A DNA stretch of 60,643 nucleotides, counting the filler, from Catajapyx aquilonaris (Eukaryota), in the NCBI GenBank assembly GCA_000934665.2. It is 3 parts of 3 records of this genome, joined end to end, with 100 filler letters (N's around TTAATTAATTAA, not from the genome) between each part and the next. Parts side by side here need not be neighbours in the genome. Positions count along the whole stretch, not along the records: positions 20,240 to 40,409 come from KZ539515.1; positions 40,510 to 60,643 come from JYFJ02006332.1; 1 more part is not named here. The stretch is one strand, 5' to 3'. The notes under the pieces are model-generated. The model did not search any database and was not told the origin of the DNA. It saw only the letters and a list, made by a program, of their open reading frames with translations. The stretch's first letter is position 1, and every line of letters begins with the position of its first letter. This document shows, one piece after another, positions 35,801 to 54,929 of this stretch. The position numbers and the translations under genes were made by a program.

Positions 35801-37865
35801 CCAATTTTTTGCATCATTGTTCACTAAAACGGAGATTTTATAAAATTGATGATTGCACAATCAGCAACCCTTTATCTGGAGCATTACATTGGGTACCTTA
35901 ATCATAAGTGCCAACAGAACAACTTCATTGGTTGGGTTTATTGAATAATATGCAACCCTTATATTACACACATCGTCGCTGATCTGACAAAATGACAAAT
36001 CCAACATTTTCATAATTTTACAGAAGAGCCAAAAGAAACCTGCGAACTGCTATACAGTACAAATACATAGGACGGCCTTTTGATTTTCCATTCTAACTCT
36101 GATGCCACTTGTTCCACATGTTCGCCGTTTTGTCAGAGTGTGATCCAAAACTTGATGGTACTGGGAGAGGCCATTTTATAATCAGATTTTAGCAAAATGT
36201 CGAATTCATCCCTTTGTCACATTAACGACGATTTCATGTAATATAACATTGCCAAAATAATTGGGTGAAAAAACCTGCAGGAGCATACTACACCATTTTA
36301 AGAGCAACAAAATTCCGCACTTTCAAGCCAGATTTCCACAACTCAGAAAGCATATTGGAAAAGTACAAATTATACTTTTTAACCAGTAACAATTACGAAT
36401 AATTTCCCCTGCAAATGTCATGGTATGCAGAAGTATGTGGCAAAATCATTCCTGGAATGGATCATTGAATTGCACATTTCTGCCTAAATTTAACGAGGGT
36501 TGAGAAACTATTACAAGCACAGTAGTAAACTGCTGTGGTACCACTACTCACCTCCAGAGGATGATCCAAGATTCCGGGGGTGTCAATTACTTGGTAGCGC
36601 ATGTACATAAAATCAGTGTGTCCCACATACAGTGACTTGGTTGTAAATGCATATGGCTGAACTTCCACATCTGCCCGGGTAATCTAAATCAAAAAAACAA
36701 TAAATAGGTGTGGAGTTTTTAAGAAAGCTCATTAGTGTTAACCTGCAGAGTTTTACAGTCAAGACACTCACCTTGTTGATGAAACTGGACTTGCCCACAT
36801 TTGGAAAACCACAAATTAGAATGGTCCTCGTGTTTGGGTCGATAGAGGGCAACCGTGCCAAATGTTGACGGACTTGTTCCAGATACTGTAGGCTCTGAGC
36901 CTGTCGCTTTACAATGGTTGCCATCCTGAAAGGAGAAATTTAGTTGCAGGACAACAGTGCTACAAGCTTCTGACTACATACCTTCCAAGAGCTGCCTTCT
37001 TCAGTTGCTTGCAACGATAGAGGGAATCACCAAACTTGAGGAGGCGAATGTAGTCTTTTCCAACACTAAAATTATTAAAATAAATATCAGGAATTAAAGG
37101 TACTCAAAATTGATACCACCATGCAGTCACTATATCTGCTATACAAAGTGTTGGTCATGGTACAGCCACTACTGCCTCAATACAGCAGCATGGGCTGCTG
37201 ACCACACTGTTTATCTCTACACAAAAGAATCCCAACTGGACATGAGATAAGCCAAAAAGCGAGGTACAGGTTGAGAATCCTTTATACGAAATTCCAAAAT
37301 CCATAAGTTTGTTTAGTGCTGATATGACGCCCCACAAATGGGAAATCCCTTGCAAATTTAACATGATCAACATCATCATCTGTCTCTGTATGTATACAAA
37401 ATTATTTAAAATTTATATAAACTACTTTCATGGCTAATATACAACCCCATCGTCCCATTTTACAGATGCAAATATACAAATACTCCAGAATCCAACAAAT
37501 CCTCAACCAGAAACATTTCAGTCCCAAGCATTTCGGATAAAGGATTCTCAACCTGTATATGTTATGTGGTAAGATGTGTCCAACGTTGTCAGACAAATTA
37601 AAAATTAACTTCGCAATTTTTAAGATATTTCAGAAAACCTTTGCATGAAGAACAACCTACATTGCAATCCATCCAGGTATCCTTGACAGGATTCAGTCTT
37701 GTTTACCTTGTCAGCTCAAGTAATATGATTACACCAAACTTTTATTTTGAATGATACTTACTTATCAATGAGATGACGTGCCATGTTGACTTGTCCCAGA
37801 GCGAGCTTGTAATGATCTTTGTCGTATAAAACATTCATGAGGTCTGCATAAAATGGATGCACATC
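26868..37865 (-). CDS. GTPBP4: Nucleolar GTP-binding protein 1 (NOG1/GTPBP4), 11 exons, ~560 aa visible, first ~70 aa missing
   Basis: Exons 37865-37762, 37065-36982, 36925-36772, 36683-36552, 33435-33283, 31101-30946, 28038-27906, 27834-27626, 27567-27289, 27230-27108, 27023-26868; all GT-AG and phase-consistent. G1 GFPNVGKS, G3 DTPG, G4 NKID, C-terminus [23 protein letters not shown] at ~26839-26844. Confidence 0.96.
28702..28839. mobile_element. Tc1/mariner-type MITE
   Basis: ~53-bp TIRs CTATCCGGTTCAAATACTTTTGGCC...; TA on both flanks. Confidence 0.8.
31374..31521. mobile_element. PIF/Harbinger-like MITE
   Basis: Long imperfect TIRs AGGCTGGTTTACA...; 3-bp TSD TCA. Confidence 0.75.
31599..31890 (+). 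pseudogene. Decayed mariner transposase N-terminal HTH fragment
   Basis: [26 protein letters not shown]...SVE...IIRED resembles the mariner N-terminus; frameshifted. Confidence 0.6.
37267..37555. mobile_element. pogo/Tigger-type MITE
   Basis: TIRs CAGGTTGAGAATCCTTTAT(A/C)CGAAAT; TA flanks. Confidence 0.85.
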
Positions 37866-38998
37866 CTGGAATGAAATTTCAACGTCACATGCTGTAGGGC
37901 CTACTCAAAATTCTTCAGTGCCATTTTATATGGGACTGGGTTTGCATTTAGGCATGCCAAAAAGTGTCCATACACACCTCATTGTGTATCAGTGTGTTAC
38001 CAGTGGCAATATAACAATTCTTCCAACCTCATTTAACCAAGGGAGTAACCACTGGACTGAAAAGTGTACACTGGAGTACCTAATTCAAGGAGTACCAAGG
38101 AGTACCAAAGAGTAAAGTACCTAAGGAGTACCTGGGAGTACCATTTGCAGGTGTACACCGGAGTACGGAAGTGATTACCCCCTTGCATTTAACTCTCAGG
38201 TCCTGGCAAGTGATCAACTGGGATAAAGCCCATGAAAGCTTCCATAGAGTTTGAAAAAACCATGCAAATTTTTAGAACTTCATATGTGGTCTAGTAAAGG
38301 ACAGAAAGGTCACAGGTTACGAATGACCCGACTTACAGTGTAATGTAATTACGAATGGGCTCCCAATGCTAATAACAATGTACAGTAGTTGTCAGTGAAT
38401 AAACTAGATGGCTTGGACTTTCCAGTTCTCACCAGCCTGTTCCCCCTGGCTGCCCTTTAGTGACTTCTCCCAAACTCCCCACCATTAGGCCTTCATGTTA
38501 AAGCAGACACCATTTCTGTATTTTACTTCCAATCCCTCCACTCTCACTCACTTAGCAGACCGACACCAAGTGCAACAGACACACTGTATAATTTAATTCT
38601 TAATTCGGAACTACTTTCTTCCATGCATGTTAACAAACTTGCACGACGTAAGTGGTTCGTTGGCACAGCACCTTTATGCCAGCGGGTATTATTATTATTA
38701 CCATACATGCATGGTGCATTAGGGATCCAATTTACATACGACTTGTACAAATGTGAACTACAGAATTTCTCAGTAAAGTATCTCTCTTGTAAGTTGGAAA
38801 CTTCCTGCGTATAAATTTTATTCAATCCTTTTCATCAAAGAATCATTAAGAGTCACAAGTTAACATCTCACTTTTAAAAACAGGTATATCACTGGCACAC
38901 TTCACCAACACACTTCACAGAAGGATTATTATCTCCTGCAGTGCCCTGGCACTTAATACCCCAGCTCCATGTAAATCTCCGTACAGCTAGCTGACTGG

Positions 38999-39209
38999 TA
39001 GTGCGTGGGGTGGCCTCTAAAGCGCTGCTCAGGGCAAGTGCGGGCAACCGCCACTTGTGATCATAGTGGGCAATGCTGCATTTAGTAGAAGAAACGTCAC
39101 GATGAGAAGTGCCTCTCTTCTACTAAATGCAGGGTTGTCCATTAGGATTGCAAGAGGCAGTTGCCCACACTTGCCCTGAGCAGCACTTTCGAGACCACCC
39201 CACGCACTA
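38999..39209. mobile_element. Foldback MITE-like imperfect palindrome
   Basis: ~95-bp inverted arms TAGTGCGTGGGGTGG... / ...CCACCCCACGCACTA. Confidence 0.7.
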
Positions 39210-40409
39210 ACACCCCATCACCCCCCTGAACGCGATATGAGGGAGAGTGACCATACCTAAGTGTGATGTCTCCTGTTATGCTACAGCATGGCAATTTCTG
39301 AGAGGTAAAGAGAGTAAGGTGGTTACCAAGAGATTGCCAACATGATTCTTTGATGAAAGCAGGCATAAGCTGATTCTACCATACAACAAACGTTTAAGAT
39401 GGGGATATAGAGAATCCGGACTTCTTCGAGTTCCAACTCTGGCCGAAAGGAGACACTCGATCCCACCCTCCCTACACAAAAGATGGGTCGCGTTTGCAGT
39501 TGACCATTCCCTCTAGGCACAATAAAAACCGTGAAATGAGGGTTCCCCCAACTTTTAGTAGTTCTCAAATCAGTCAAATTTTGCCAAAATTATTATTTGC
39601 TGAAAGGTTATAGCTGATCATAAAAATCAGCTTCATTGGTCAGGAGCACCAATTTTTTGCGCATTTTTGGGTGCTTGTTATGACATCACTTAAAATTTCG
39701 CGATGGCGTAAATTACTCCCGTATGAAAATTACTTTTTAAAATATTATATTAAGAATATGGGAAAAGTACATCATCAGTGTAAGAGAGAGGTCAGTTACA
39801 CTTCCACAAAAAAAAAAATTGTTTCTGCTGTTGTTAATTAGCGAGATTTTTACTCCCCAATTCTCTTTATCTCCCCCCTTAAACACGCAGTGATTGTGTG
39901 CAGAAAGTCTAACTACTCGTATATGGCCTCATGTTGTTATGTAGCTTCCTTGGTGAAATTATTGAAGCACCCTTTTCATCCAAAGGTCCCCCCTCTCTGA
40001 ACATGGCCTACCAATGTGCTACAGGTACTAAAATCATGTTTATATTCACATGCGAGAAGAGGTTAAGTTTGGTATTTTTTAAATGCCTTTTACTATATGG
40101 CCACTGGAATGCAATTTGTAGAAATTCTCCAACAATTCTTACTAGAAAAAATTTCAGGCAATTTCAAAGGCCAAAAATGAGAGGAATTTACTTGGAAGTT
40201 GAGGCACTACTTTTAAAAGGCAAAATTATGACTTTTACCATATTTGACAGTGACCGTTATGATGACGAATTTGCATAAACATACAAATTATGCATTATTT
40301 TTGGTAATTGTTCAGTTTAGAGGGCCATGACCTACAGCCGTTCTCGTGATACTCGCTATCAAACTAAGTGTCTAGATACCTAGGGCTGTCTCTTCCGAGG
40401 CGCGGAAGA

Positions 40410-40509
40410 NNNNNNNNNNNNNNNNNNNNNNNNNNNNNNNNNNNNNNNNNNNNTTAATTAATTAANNNNNNNNNNNNNNNNNNNNNNNNNNNNNNNNNNN
40501 NNNNNNNNN
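40410..40509. other. Artificial 100-bp spacer (N44-TTAATTAATTAA-N44)
   Basis: Identical to 20140-20239. Confidence 0.95.
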
Positions 40510-40714
40510 CTTTCCTTTGGTGGTAGTTAATTACAATAATCGCTAAATTAACACATCTCGTTTACGGGCAAATTTTCTAGAGAGATAGAATCAATCTGCA
40601 CAAACACCACTATACGTAGTTAACCTTCCTCGCGACTCCAAAGGGGCCGCGACCGCAAAACGGAAAAGAACACAACAGCGGCGGATTTTCCATTAGGCAC
40701 AGTAGACACTGGCC

Positions 40715-41018
40715 TAGGGGCGGCAGCGAGTTGCAATAAATAATATTTCTCAAATACAATAATAGGAAATTAAGGCGAGATCACTAAGAAAATCGAATTT
40801 TTGAGAGCTTGATTTGCCACTATACAGGCAGAAAAGGTCATTGCCGAAGGGTGGCCGCCCTCTGGGTCCTGTAGGGGCGGCCGCGAGTTGCAATAAATAA
40901 TATTTCTCAAATACAATTACGAAATTAAGGCGAGATCACAAAGAAAATCGAATTTTTGAGAGCTTGATTTACCACTAGAGGCAGAAAAGGTAATTGTCGA
41001 AGGGCGGCCGCCCTCTGG
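40715..41018 (+). repeat. Tandem duplication, ~157-bp period, inside a hAT-like MITE
   Basis: TAGGGGCGGC...GAGTTGCAATAAATAATATTTCTC...GGCCGCCCTCTGG twice (40715, 40872); CAGCGGCGGATT start at ~40676 and AGATCCGGCCCTG end at ~41261. Confidence 0.75.
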
Positions 41019-41648
41019 TCGGACATAACTTTCAATATAATATTTTAAAATAAAATAACAATAAATGAAGGAGAGAACACAATTTAAAAATTTGCATTTT
41101 TAAGCGTCAGACCGGGGGGGGGGGGNTAAATCCAGAGCAGCACACAGAACAGTGCAATGTGCATGTGACAAGTTCATTTCCAGGGACAAGACATGCCTCC
41201 CCCACCTTCTTGCCGCCCGGGGCAGGTGCCCCCGTTTGCCCCCCCCCTAGATCCGGCCCTGGGTGTACTACAACAGTTAGCGCCAGAGGTCCTAGGTTTG
41301 ATCCCTGGGTCAGACAGAGGATTTTCTCAATTGCAAAGAGTTTCAATCATTTTGTGTTCACGTGGGTTTTCTCGAGATTGTTACTTCCACTATCAAAAAT
41401 CCATTCATACTGCAGTCAATTATTAAAGTCAGTCATTTATAAGATGATCCCCTGAAAGGCCGCAAGGGAATCCTTTATTTATTTACATATTTACTGAGGC
41501 GATGGCCTCTAAATTGCGAGTTACATAATTATCTAACCTAACTGATGTAATCCTCGCTTAAAGGCACTTGTCATAAGCGTAGCAACACTTGAGGAAGACT
41601 GATCATCCCATGTGGAGGACCGTGTTTGGGTTATGACTTGCAATTATA

Positions 41649-42087
41649 CAGGGTGAAGGGAAACTCGCGCCCAATCGCCAGGTAGACTGATAGTACTCTT
41701 AAAACTAATATAGGGATATGCTATTAGTTTTGGGCGCTGGTGCGTAGTTAATGCATACGGCACCTTTATGGGGCATTCAAGTGTAGAGGGCCGGATGGTA
41801 GAATATGAGGTAAAAACGACAAAGTGCACAGGGTGTTGCACACGGATTCTTACTTTGACGGGATTTGACCACCTGTTGCACAATGCACATGGATGATGCA
41901 TTACAGACCCAAGGCCAGATTATTCAGAGGCCCTCGAGCTGGCTTTAGCTTCTTTGAAACTGGCAGAGCGCCGTATGCATTAACTACGCTACGGCGCCCA
42001 AAGCTAATTGCACATCCCTATATTACTGTACTTTTGCAAGTACTATCAGTCTACCTGGCGATTGGGCGCGAGTTTCTCTTCATGCTG
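41649..42087. mobile_element. Tc1/mariner-type MITE with ~120-bp TIRs
   Basis: TA|CAGGGTGAAGGGAAACTCGCGCCCAATCGCCAGG... and inverted copy ending CTG|TA. Confidence 0.85.
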
Positions 42088-42473
42088 TATAATACAGTAT
42101 GTTGTGCAGTAACTGGTTGTATGCTACAATATGTGTAAGACACTGACATCATAAGGCATTATTGTATCACAAGTGATGTGACACTTCAATACGAATATAT
42201 GGGTTAATAATGCTTAGCAAAGACATGTGGCATTCAGGAGAATATTGCCTCTGTTATTCACTCTGGCTGACCTACAGGAGGGGGTAAGTGAAGTCAAATG
42301 GAGATCTTTCTTACTCCAGGGGCAAAAATAATAATCAATCTCCCTCCTGGCTCCCACCACCCCTCCTACTGTAAACAATACAGTCAGTCATGGATTGTGT
42401 GATTTATTGTTGCTGATTCTACTTTCTGACCTTATAAGGTCCCTGACAGTATGTATATTCTCATGATGCCACG

Positions 42474-48711
<6,238 letters not shown>

Positions 48712-48789
48712 GAGAGAGCTGTTTTGAGTAGCGACCTTGTTCGGGAACAGAAGTGAAGTGTCTATTCTTGGTCTCTTTCTTTCGGTCAG

Positions 48790-49717
48790 GTTGGTGCCGA
48801 CGGATTCAACTCGCGTGTTCGAGAGGCTTTGCGTCTGCGCTACTTGCACCGATCCTATGGCCAGATGGGCATCGTTGCCACCCTGCAGCTATCGGAGGTT
48901 AGTCCACCAACCAATGATTGGCACAATTCAGTTCAGAATTGAATTGATTCGCGAATTGCCAGCTGAATTCGCTAAAGAACGGACGTGAAGTGATTTGAAT
49001 TAAGATGAATGAGACAAATTGGAAAATGAATGGGAAAGTGAGTTGGGAATTTAAATGGTACCGTTCAATTCGAATGGAGTTAATTCGCGGATGGGGTGGA
49101 ATTTGCCGAATTGAAATGAGAGGCAGATTCATTGAGGGAGACCATTCCTTCAGCATTCTATAGCTTTCAAGAAAATCCTCAACAACTGCCACTATGTAAA
49201 GAGATACATGAATCACAAATAAATGACGAATGGGAGTGAACGGAATGGTATTGATTCAATTTCAAATAAATTGTGCCCATCCCTGCGACTAGCCATCCAG
49301 AAAATTCGAGGAATTCATCATCATCATCACCATCACCACCATCATCACCATTATTATTTGCAGGAGACGGAGAACAACGTGGCATGGCAGAGGTTCCTTT
49401 CTTCGGGTCCTATCGCCCTTCTACCGGTGAGTCACGATTCTTGCTAGTTATGTGCGAAACCTTGGCTTCTATGAAACATCATGGCCCACTATTAAATCTA
49501 GGTCTGACTATTTTTACTGCGGTTAGGCGAATTCAGCCAATAGCGACTGCTAAAAGGCCATTGCTCTCGAATCCCGGAAAAACTACCACATCATTTTGAA
49601 TTCCTTTATCTCTTGGCGTCGTTCATAAGTACTGCAGAATATGCCAAAAAATCTTCGTATAATGGTATTGTGGCGCTATATCGTCAGCACTTGGGGAAGG
49701 TTAGGGGGGGGAGGGGG

Positions 49718-49752
<35 letters not shown>

Positions 49753-51817
49753 TTCACCTTGCTGATGTCACGCTCAAATGTCGTAAAGAAAACGGACCCG
49801 AAAATTTGCGTCGAGTTACTTGAAATAATTTCAGACTTATGGGTGGACTTTTTGCAAGAGGGTTCGCGCACTTTATGGACGATTCCGCGGTGCCAAATTA
49901 TTTGCTGCGGGTAATATTCGATACTCCTAGCAAGTTATGTCGTATTACCGAAATTCCGCTTTCGTACTGAATGTTTTACCTCAAATAGCGGCACTTAATA
50001 GGATTTTATTCGGACCGGCCGGCCATGCAAAAAATAGCGCCACTGTGGCGCTGTTTCGTATGGTTTCGTATCGCATCGAAAACTCGTCTGGCGCCAGTGG
50101 CGCGTCTGGGAAGTATCAGTCACTGTGTCTTCCCTGAATTTGATCATTTATTCAGTGAGCGCCTGTGCCTGCATCCTTTCTGGGATATCTCTGAAAGTTG
50201 AAAATAATTGTGTACAGGGGTGTTTTGTAATGATTCCGACTATTAAGGGTGAGTTTGTAGGCGCGTCTGGTTCACTTAGAAGTGTCTCATTTCAGCCTCA
50301 TTACGAGAGTCCGGATTTTTAGGCACGAAATAACCCCGAAATAGGAACGAAAAAACCTCAAATAGGCACAAATAGGCCTTTTTTGGGCATATATGAAGGA
50401 TTATTTTACAGAAAAAAAAGCCAGAATAATTTTATATGCCTAAAGTATACCTATAAGGTGACAAACCAGAGCGAAAATCAAATAACAACGATAAACTGAC
50501 AGAAAACACAAAACTTGGGTAAAAGACACGACGTGCAAGCAAGTGTCACTTGCTCTGGACTCTACCGCTTATAGCCAGTTTCCACTTGCTATAAGGCTTG
50601 GACTTGCACAATATGTTACCAAATATTTTTCCAATCGGAGGAAAATTTCGAAAAATATTTGGCATAAATACGTGACACGGAAACATGATTCGTATTACTT
50701 CTGAACGATTTTGGTCCTGTCAGGAGTACAAAAAAAATACTCCTAAAAAATCAAGCATGCCTCCGAAGGAATAGGCCCAAAAGTCCCGAAATTACTGCAA
50801 AAATTTCAAAAACTATCCCAGAAAAGGCCAAATAGGCACGAAAAGTTGTAAAAAGGCAGAATAGATAAAATAGTTTCCAAGACCACGAAATAGGCCATTT
50901 TAGGCACTATAAAACCTACATTTTCCACATCCGGCACGTATGAAATGGAAATAGGCATTTGCCTATAAATCCGGACTCTCCTCATTACTGAAATATTTGC
51001 CCCATCATTGTGTATATAGCCTACACATTACTATTGTAGTAATTTATGAGCTGTTCATAGGACGATCGATCCTTGGAGGCATCATTTTTCTTAATTCAGA
51101 CGTGTTTTAATATTTAGTTAATTTGACAATGTTACATTTTATGCCTGTAAGCTTACTGTGACTTGTTCTTTGCATAGTTCCTCAAATCTTTGTAATTTGC
51201 AAAAACTAATCATATTCTTTCTACTGCAGCTGAACTCGGAGCTGAGCTCTCTTGTGTGGAGCATGAGTGAATCCCAAGCTAAGAGCATGTTATCCATGGA
51301 AGAAGATGTGTTTGTAGATGCAGTTAACAAGGCCCTCTGGGATGTCCGTGAGGGCTCAAAGCTTAACAAAAATCTGCAGCCAGGATGGCTAACTCAGGTC
51401 ATGCGCCAATTTGCCCCAGCTGATGGCCCACGCCAGCTTCCCCCGAGCATCAAAGGTGTCAAGGAGAGAGCTGCCTTTCCACTTGGTCTTGGCCATTCAG
51501 TGTACTATTGGGGGACAGGTGGAGTGTTAATTGGTGATGCTGCTCACAGGGTGCACCCGTTGGCTGGGCTAGGGGCCAACCTAGGGCTAGGAGATGTGAA
51601 GTGCTTGGTACAGCTGATGGAAGAGGGTGCTAAGGAGGGGAGGTCCGTGGCAAACAGGGCAACACTGAATGAATATGAGACCATGCGGCAGAGGAAGTGC
51701 GTTCCAGTTGCTCTGGCACTTGATGCCTTGCACAATCTATATGCCAATCAGACTCCACCAGTTAAAGCTGCCAGAGCACTTGGGCTCTCACTGGTGCACA
51801 CCCTACCATCACTCAAG
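48790..51817 (+). CDS. COQ6: Ubiquinone biosynthesis monooxygenase COQ6, internal exons 48790-48897, 49364-49426, 51230-51817
   Basis: [11 protein letters not shown]...[14 protein letters not shown] | [21 protein letters not shown] | [11 protein letters not shown]...AAFPLGLGH...[23 protein letters not shown]. Phase-0 GT-AG introns. 5' exons and last exon not located. Confidence 0.93.
49721..49748 (+). repeat. (GA)n microsatellite
   Basis: About 14 GA units after a G-rich run. Confidence 0.9.
50305..50980. mobile_element. TIR MITE with 8-bp TSD in a COQ6 intron
   Basis: TIRs GAGAGTCCGGATTT(T/A)TAGGCA; TSD CTCATTAC (50297-50304 / 50981-50988); repeated AATAGGC subterminal motifs. Confidence 0.85.
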
Positions 51818-52030
51818 GTACCGGTAACTTATCAATTTCTTAGTACTCTAGATCAGTGGTCGTCAACTGGTGTGAACAGGCCTGCCCTAAGTGCTTTGCA
51901 AAGATGTTTTGGGTAAAGGCTATTACAGTGAGATAGAGAGTCTAATATTAGTATTGGTAGTTCGTCTTCTCTGGTCCAATATTTCATGCCAGAAAAGCAT
52001 AAACTGGGAAGTGGACCACATGTACCTGGT

Positions 52031-52138
52031 GTCCAACAAGAATTGTCGCAAGCGGCAGCGCACGAACTACAGTCTCTCGTATACCTGTGCTCGTAGATTG
52101 TAGTTCGTGCGCTGCCGCTGCGACAATTCTTGTTGGAC
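52031..52138. mobile_element. Short palindromic MITE
   Basis: ~40-bp arms GTCCAACAAGAATTGTCGCA...GAACTACA. Confidence 0.7.
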
Positions 52139-52695
52139 TGATAGTACAGTATGGTATGTATTTAATTAAGGGGCAGGATCATGCTGTTACAACCTGTTCA
52201 GAGAAAAGTTGTCTTAGGAGTTGGTCAGAACAAGGAATATTAGTGAGTGGATAGCATTTTGATCAATTTTTGGGTAAATGCAACATCAGTGGATGTCAAA
52301 TGTAGTCTCTCATATGTTTTTTCTGGGGGGACTACAAAAATAGTTATTTTTGCTACAGTAAAAGATGTGCACAATTTTTATGCACAGGGCATTCTGAAAA
52401 TAGATATCCAATTTTGAAATGAAATACACTGAACTCCGGATTGTCCAGGCTAATGACTGAATGGGTGTCATCAGATATAATAGGAAAACATGAATAATAA
52501 TTGGAAACTGGTCCTAGAAACCATAAAAATGCGCTATTCACAGGTTTTAAATTAACTGCTGCTCATATTGTATGCTGCTTTAAATGAGGTTTAATCAAAA
52601 TAATAAAACTTATCATTGATTTTTAGTTTGTCTTCTAGAAAAAAATCTGTTATATTTCTTCATTTGCGAGACATTGACATATTTTGGGACTTCTA

Positions 52696-53022
52696 CAGGG
52701 TGCCCGAAAAGTCCTGCATCAATGGGGGAAGCTGTGATTTGCTTTGTAATGGTGTTTTGTCTTTCCGCAGACCACTGACAGGCATGTGGAACTCATTCAC
52801 CTCTGTGGACACGAAGGCTGCACCCACTGTGGTCCTGAATTTTTGGATAAATCTGCTCATGCTGCTTTGTTCTATGAGCTAGCTCTTTCTCGTTCCTCCA
52901 CAGAGGAGAATGAGTTCCACGCACCATCAATGGTCAACATGATGCACCTGTGGAAAGACAAAACACCATTACAAAGCAAATCACAGCTTCCCCCATTGAT
53001 GCGGGACTTTTCAGCCACCCTG
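52696..53022. mobile_element. Tc1/mariner-type foldback MITE
   Basis: TA|CAGGGTG...AAAAGTCC with long inverted arms ending CACCCTG. Confidence 0.75.
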
Positions 53023-53349
53023 TGCTTTGAATTTAATTTTTTGGTGATGAACAGATAATCCACAACACGGAAAATCTGCACCTGGATAATCGGGAGTACA
53101 GTGTAACTTTGAATGGAAAGAAATTATATTTACATAAAACTACCCCCACATGTTTATGTGGTGTTGTGTATGGCTTCCACTTGTCACTTGGCAGATATCA
53201 CACATTTACTAAATTTTGTGATAAACACACACACACAGTAGCATACCTTTTTTTCTGAACCTACTAACGTTAGATGGATATGGCATACCTTGACAGGCGG
53301 GAAAAGTTTCTGATAACCCATCTGCCGAAAAAGACAAGACCTAACATCA

Positions 53350-53540
53350 TCTTTCAACAACACTGGGCCCTACAGACATGTCAATAATGTGAGGTGCAGT
53401 GCATTACATTAACAAAATGTCAGGGCTCATGGCTAGGTTGTAGAGGAACATTGCTTGACCTCCATACAGTCCCCCGGTTTGTCACCTGTGGACTTTTATT
53501 TCTGGGGATACATGGAAGAGAGGGTTTATGAGTCAGTGTT
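53350..53540 (+). pseudogene. Decayed Tc1/mariner transposase catalytic fragment
   Basis: FQQ...PPYSP...SPVDFYFWGYMEERVYE resembles the WPPxSPDLxPxDFxxWG motif. Confidence 0.55.
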
Positions 53541-53887
53541 ATTTTTTTAAACCATCTAGGAAATTCAACAAAAGATTATTTGTCTAATCTCTAATGGAAA
53601 GCAAGAACAAAGACAGGCTAGGGCACATAGGGCACATAGGGCTTTTGTAAAGGTATTATGTCTTCTACATGAAAAGTGACAGCTATATGACGAGTGCTTC
53701 TGAATTCCAGGTCGATCTTCTGTTAGGGTACTCATTAGCCTAATGTAAGTCTAAAATGTAGGGGGAAGAAATGTCAAAAACCCAGCCGTTAACGACGTAG
53801 AAAAAAATGACCAAACCGTAACAGTAAGTAGGATATCCATGCATACATTCAGGATGAGGTAAGGTGGGTGCCTGCAATTATTTAAGG

Positions 53888-54132
53888 CAGGGCTTCCCAA
53901 TCTTTTTTGTAGGTGACCTCATAAAATCGTCTCGTAAAATTAGCAACCCCTAATATCTAAATCAACCCTACCCCCCCTCAGTGGTAGACAATGACAATAA
54001 TCGGTAAATTAACACATCTTGTCATTTATGGGCATATTTTTCCAGAGAGAGAATAATTTTGTAAAAATACTTTGTTGCCCTCCCTCGCAACCTAAAACAT
54101 TATGTTCGCGACCCACAGTTTGGGAAGCCCTG
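53888..54132. mobile_element. hAT MITE
   Basis: TIRs CAGGGCTTCCCAA; 8-bp TSD ATTTAAGG / ATCTAAGG. Confidence 0.8.
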
Positions 54133-54373
54133 ATCTAAGGGGCAACAAAACAGCTGTTGGACTATGCTGGGGCCACTTGTCGGCCCAGTTCCACAGTCAA
54201 ATTTAGGGGATGGGCTGTTGTAGGCCCGTGCTAGGTCAGCCCCCATCTTACTGAGCTGAGTCAAATTTAGGTCCCAGTCCGCCTCTGACTACCTCCATAA
54301 AAATTTGTAAGGAGAGTGTCTATGGAGCGACCAAGAAATGAAATGATATGGTTGGCAGAAAGTGTGCTTGACA

Positions 54374-54573
54374 CAAGGGGTAAATAACTCGGCAGTTAAG
54401 CGTACAACGGACTTGTAAAGAGCCGGACTTGGGCCCGGACTTATCGGACTTGGGCTTGGACTTATCGGACTTGGGCTCGGACTTGTCAGGCTCGGACTTG
54501 TCGGACTTGAGCCCGGAGTTGGTCGGACTTGGCGCCAACCGTACAACGGACTTGACGAGTGATTTACCCCTTG
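54374..54573. mobile_element. 200-bp MITE with 8-bp TSD and an internal GGACTT array (P-superfamily-like termini)
   Basis: TIRs CAAGGGGTAAAT(A/C)ACTCG; TSD GCTTGACA (54366-54373 / 54574-54581); more than 10 CGGACTT units. Confidence 0.8.
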
Positions 54574-54929
54574 GCTTGACATGTGCCTACAAAATATGAT
54601 AGGCCTACTAATACTTAAATATGCTTCAATCAATGTGGTTTTTGTGTGCAGTAAAGTTATGCTGCATCATGTGGCTCACTAGCGGTTGTGTTGATTTTTG
54701 TGAGAAATTCACTTTAAAAATTTACAGTACTGCCAAGCCATGCTTACGTTTATTATGCGGGGTGATAATAGTTATAGTTGCAATGGAAAATTTAAAAGAC
54801 CAGAGAAGTTGCATTTTCCAAGGCTGGATGGGAAAACTTGTAATCATGCAAAATGACATCCTCACACTAGACATGAATTTCTTTTGATTGGCCATTTTTT
54901 AAACTTTTAAGCTTTTGTTTATGGAATGA

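Noticed and set aside
49223..49447. Poly-His protein ORF
   Set aside because: The (CAT/CAC)n microsatellite lies in the intron just before the COQ6 exon acceptor at 49363.
54289..54633. CRISPR-like array or SP/KSD-repeat protein
   Set aside because: Units are 7-11 bp with no unique spacers, lie inside a TIR element with TSD, and no cas genes are present in this eukaryotic DNA.
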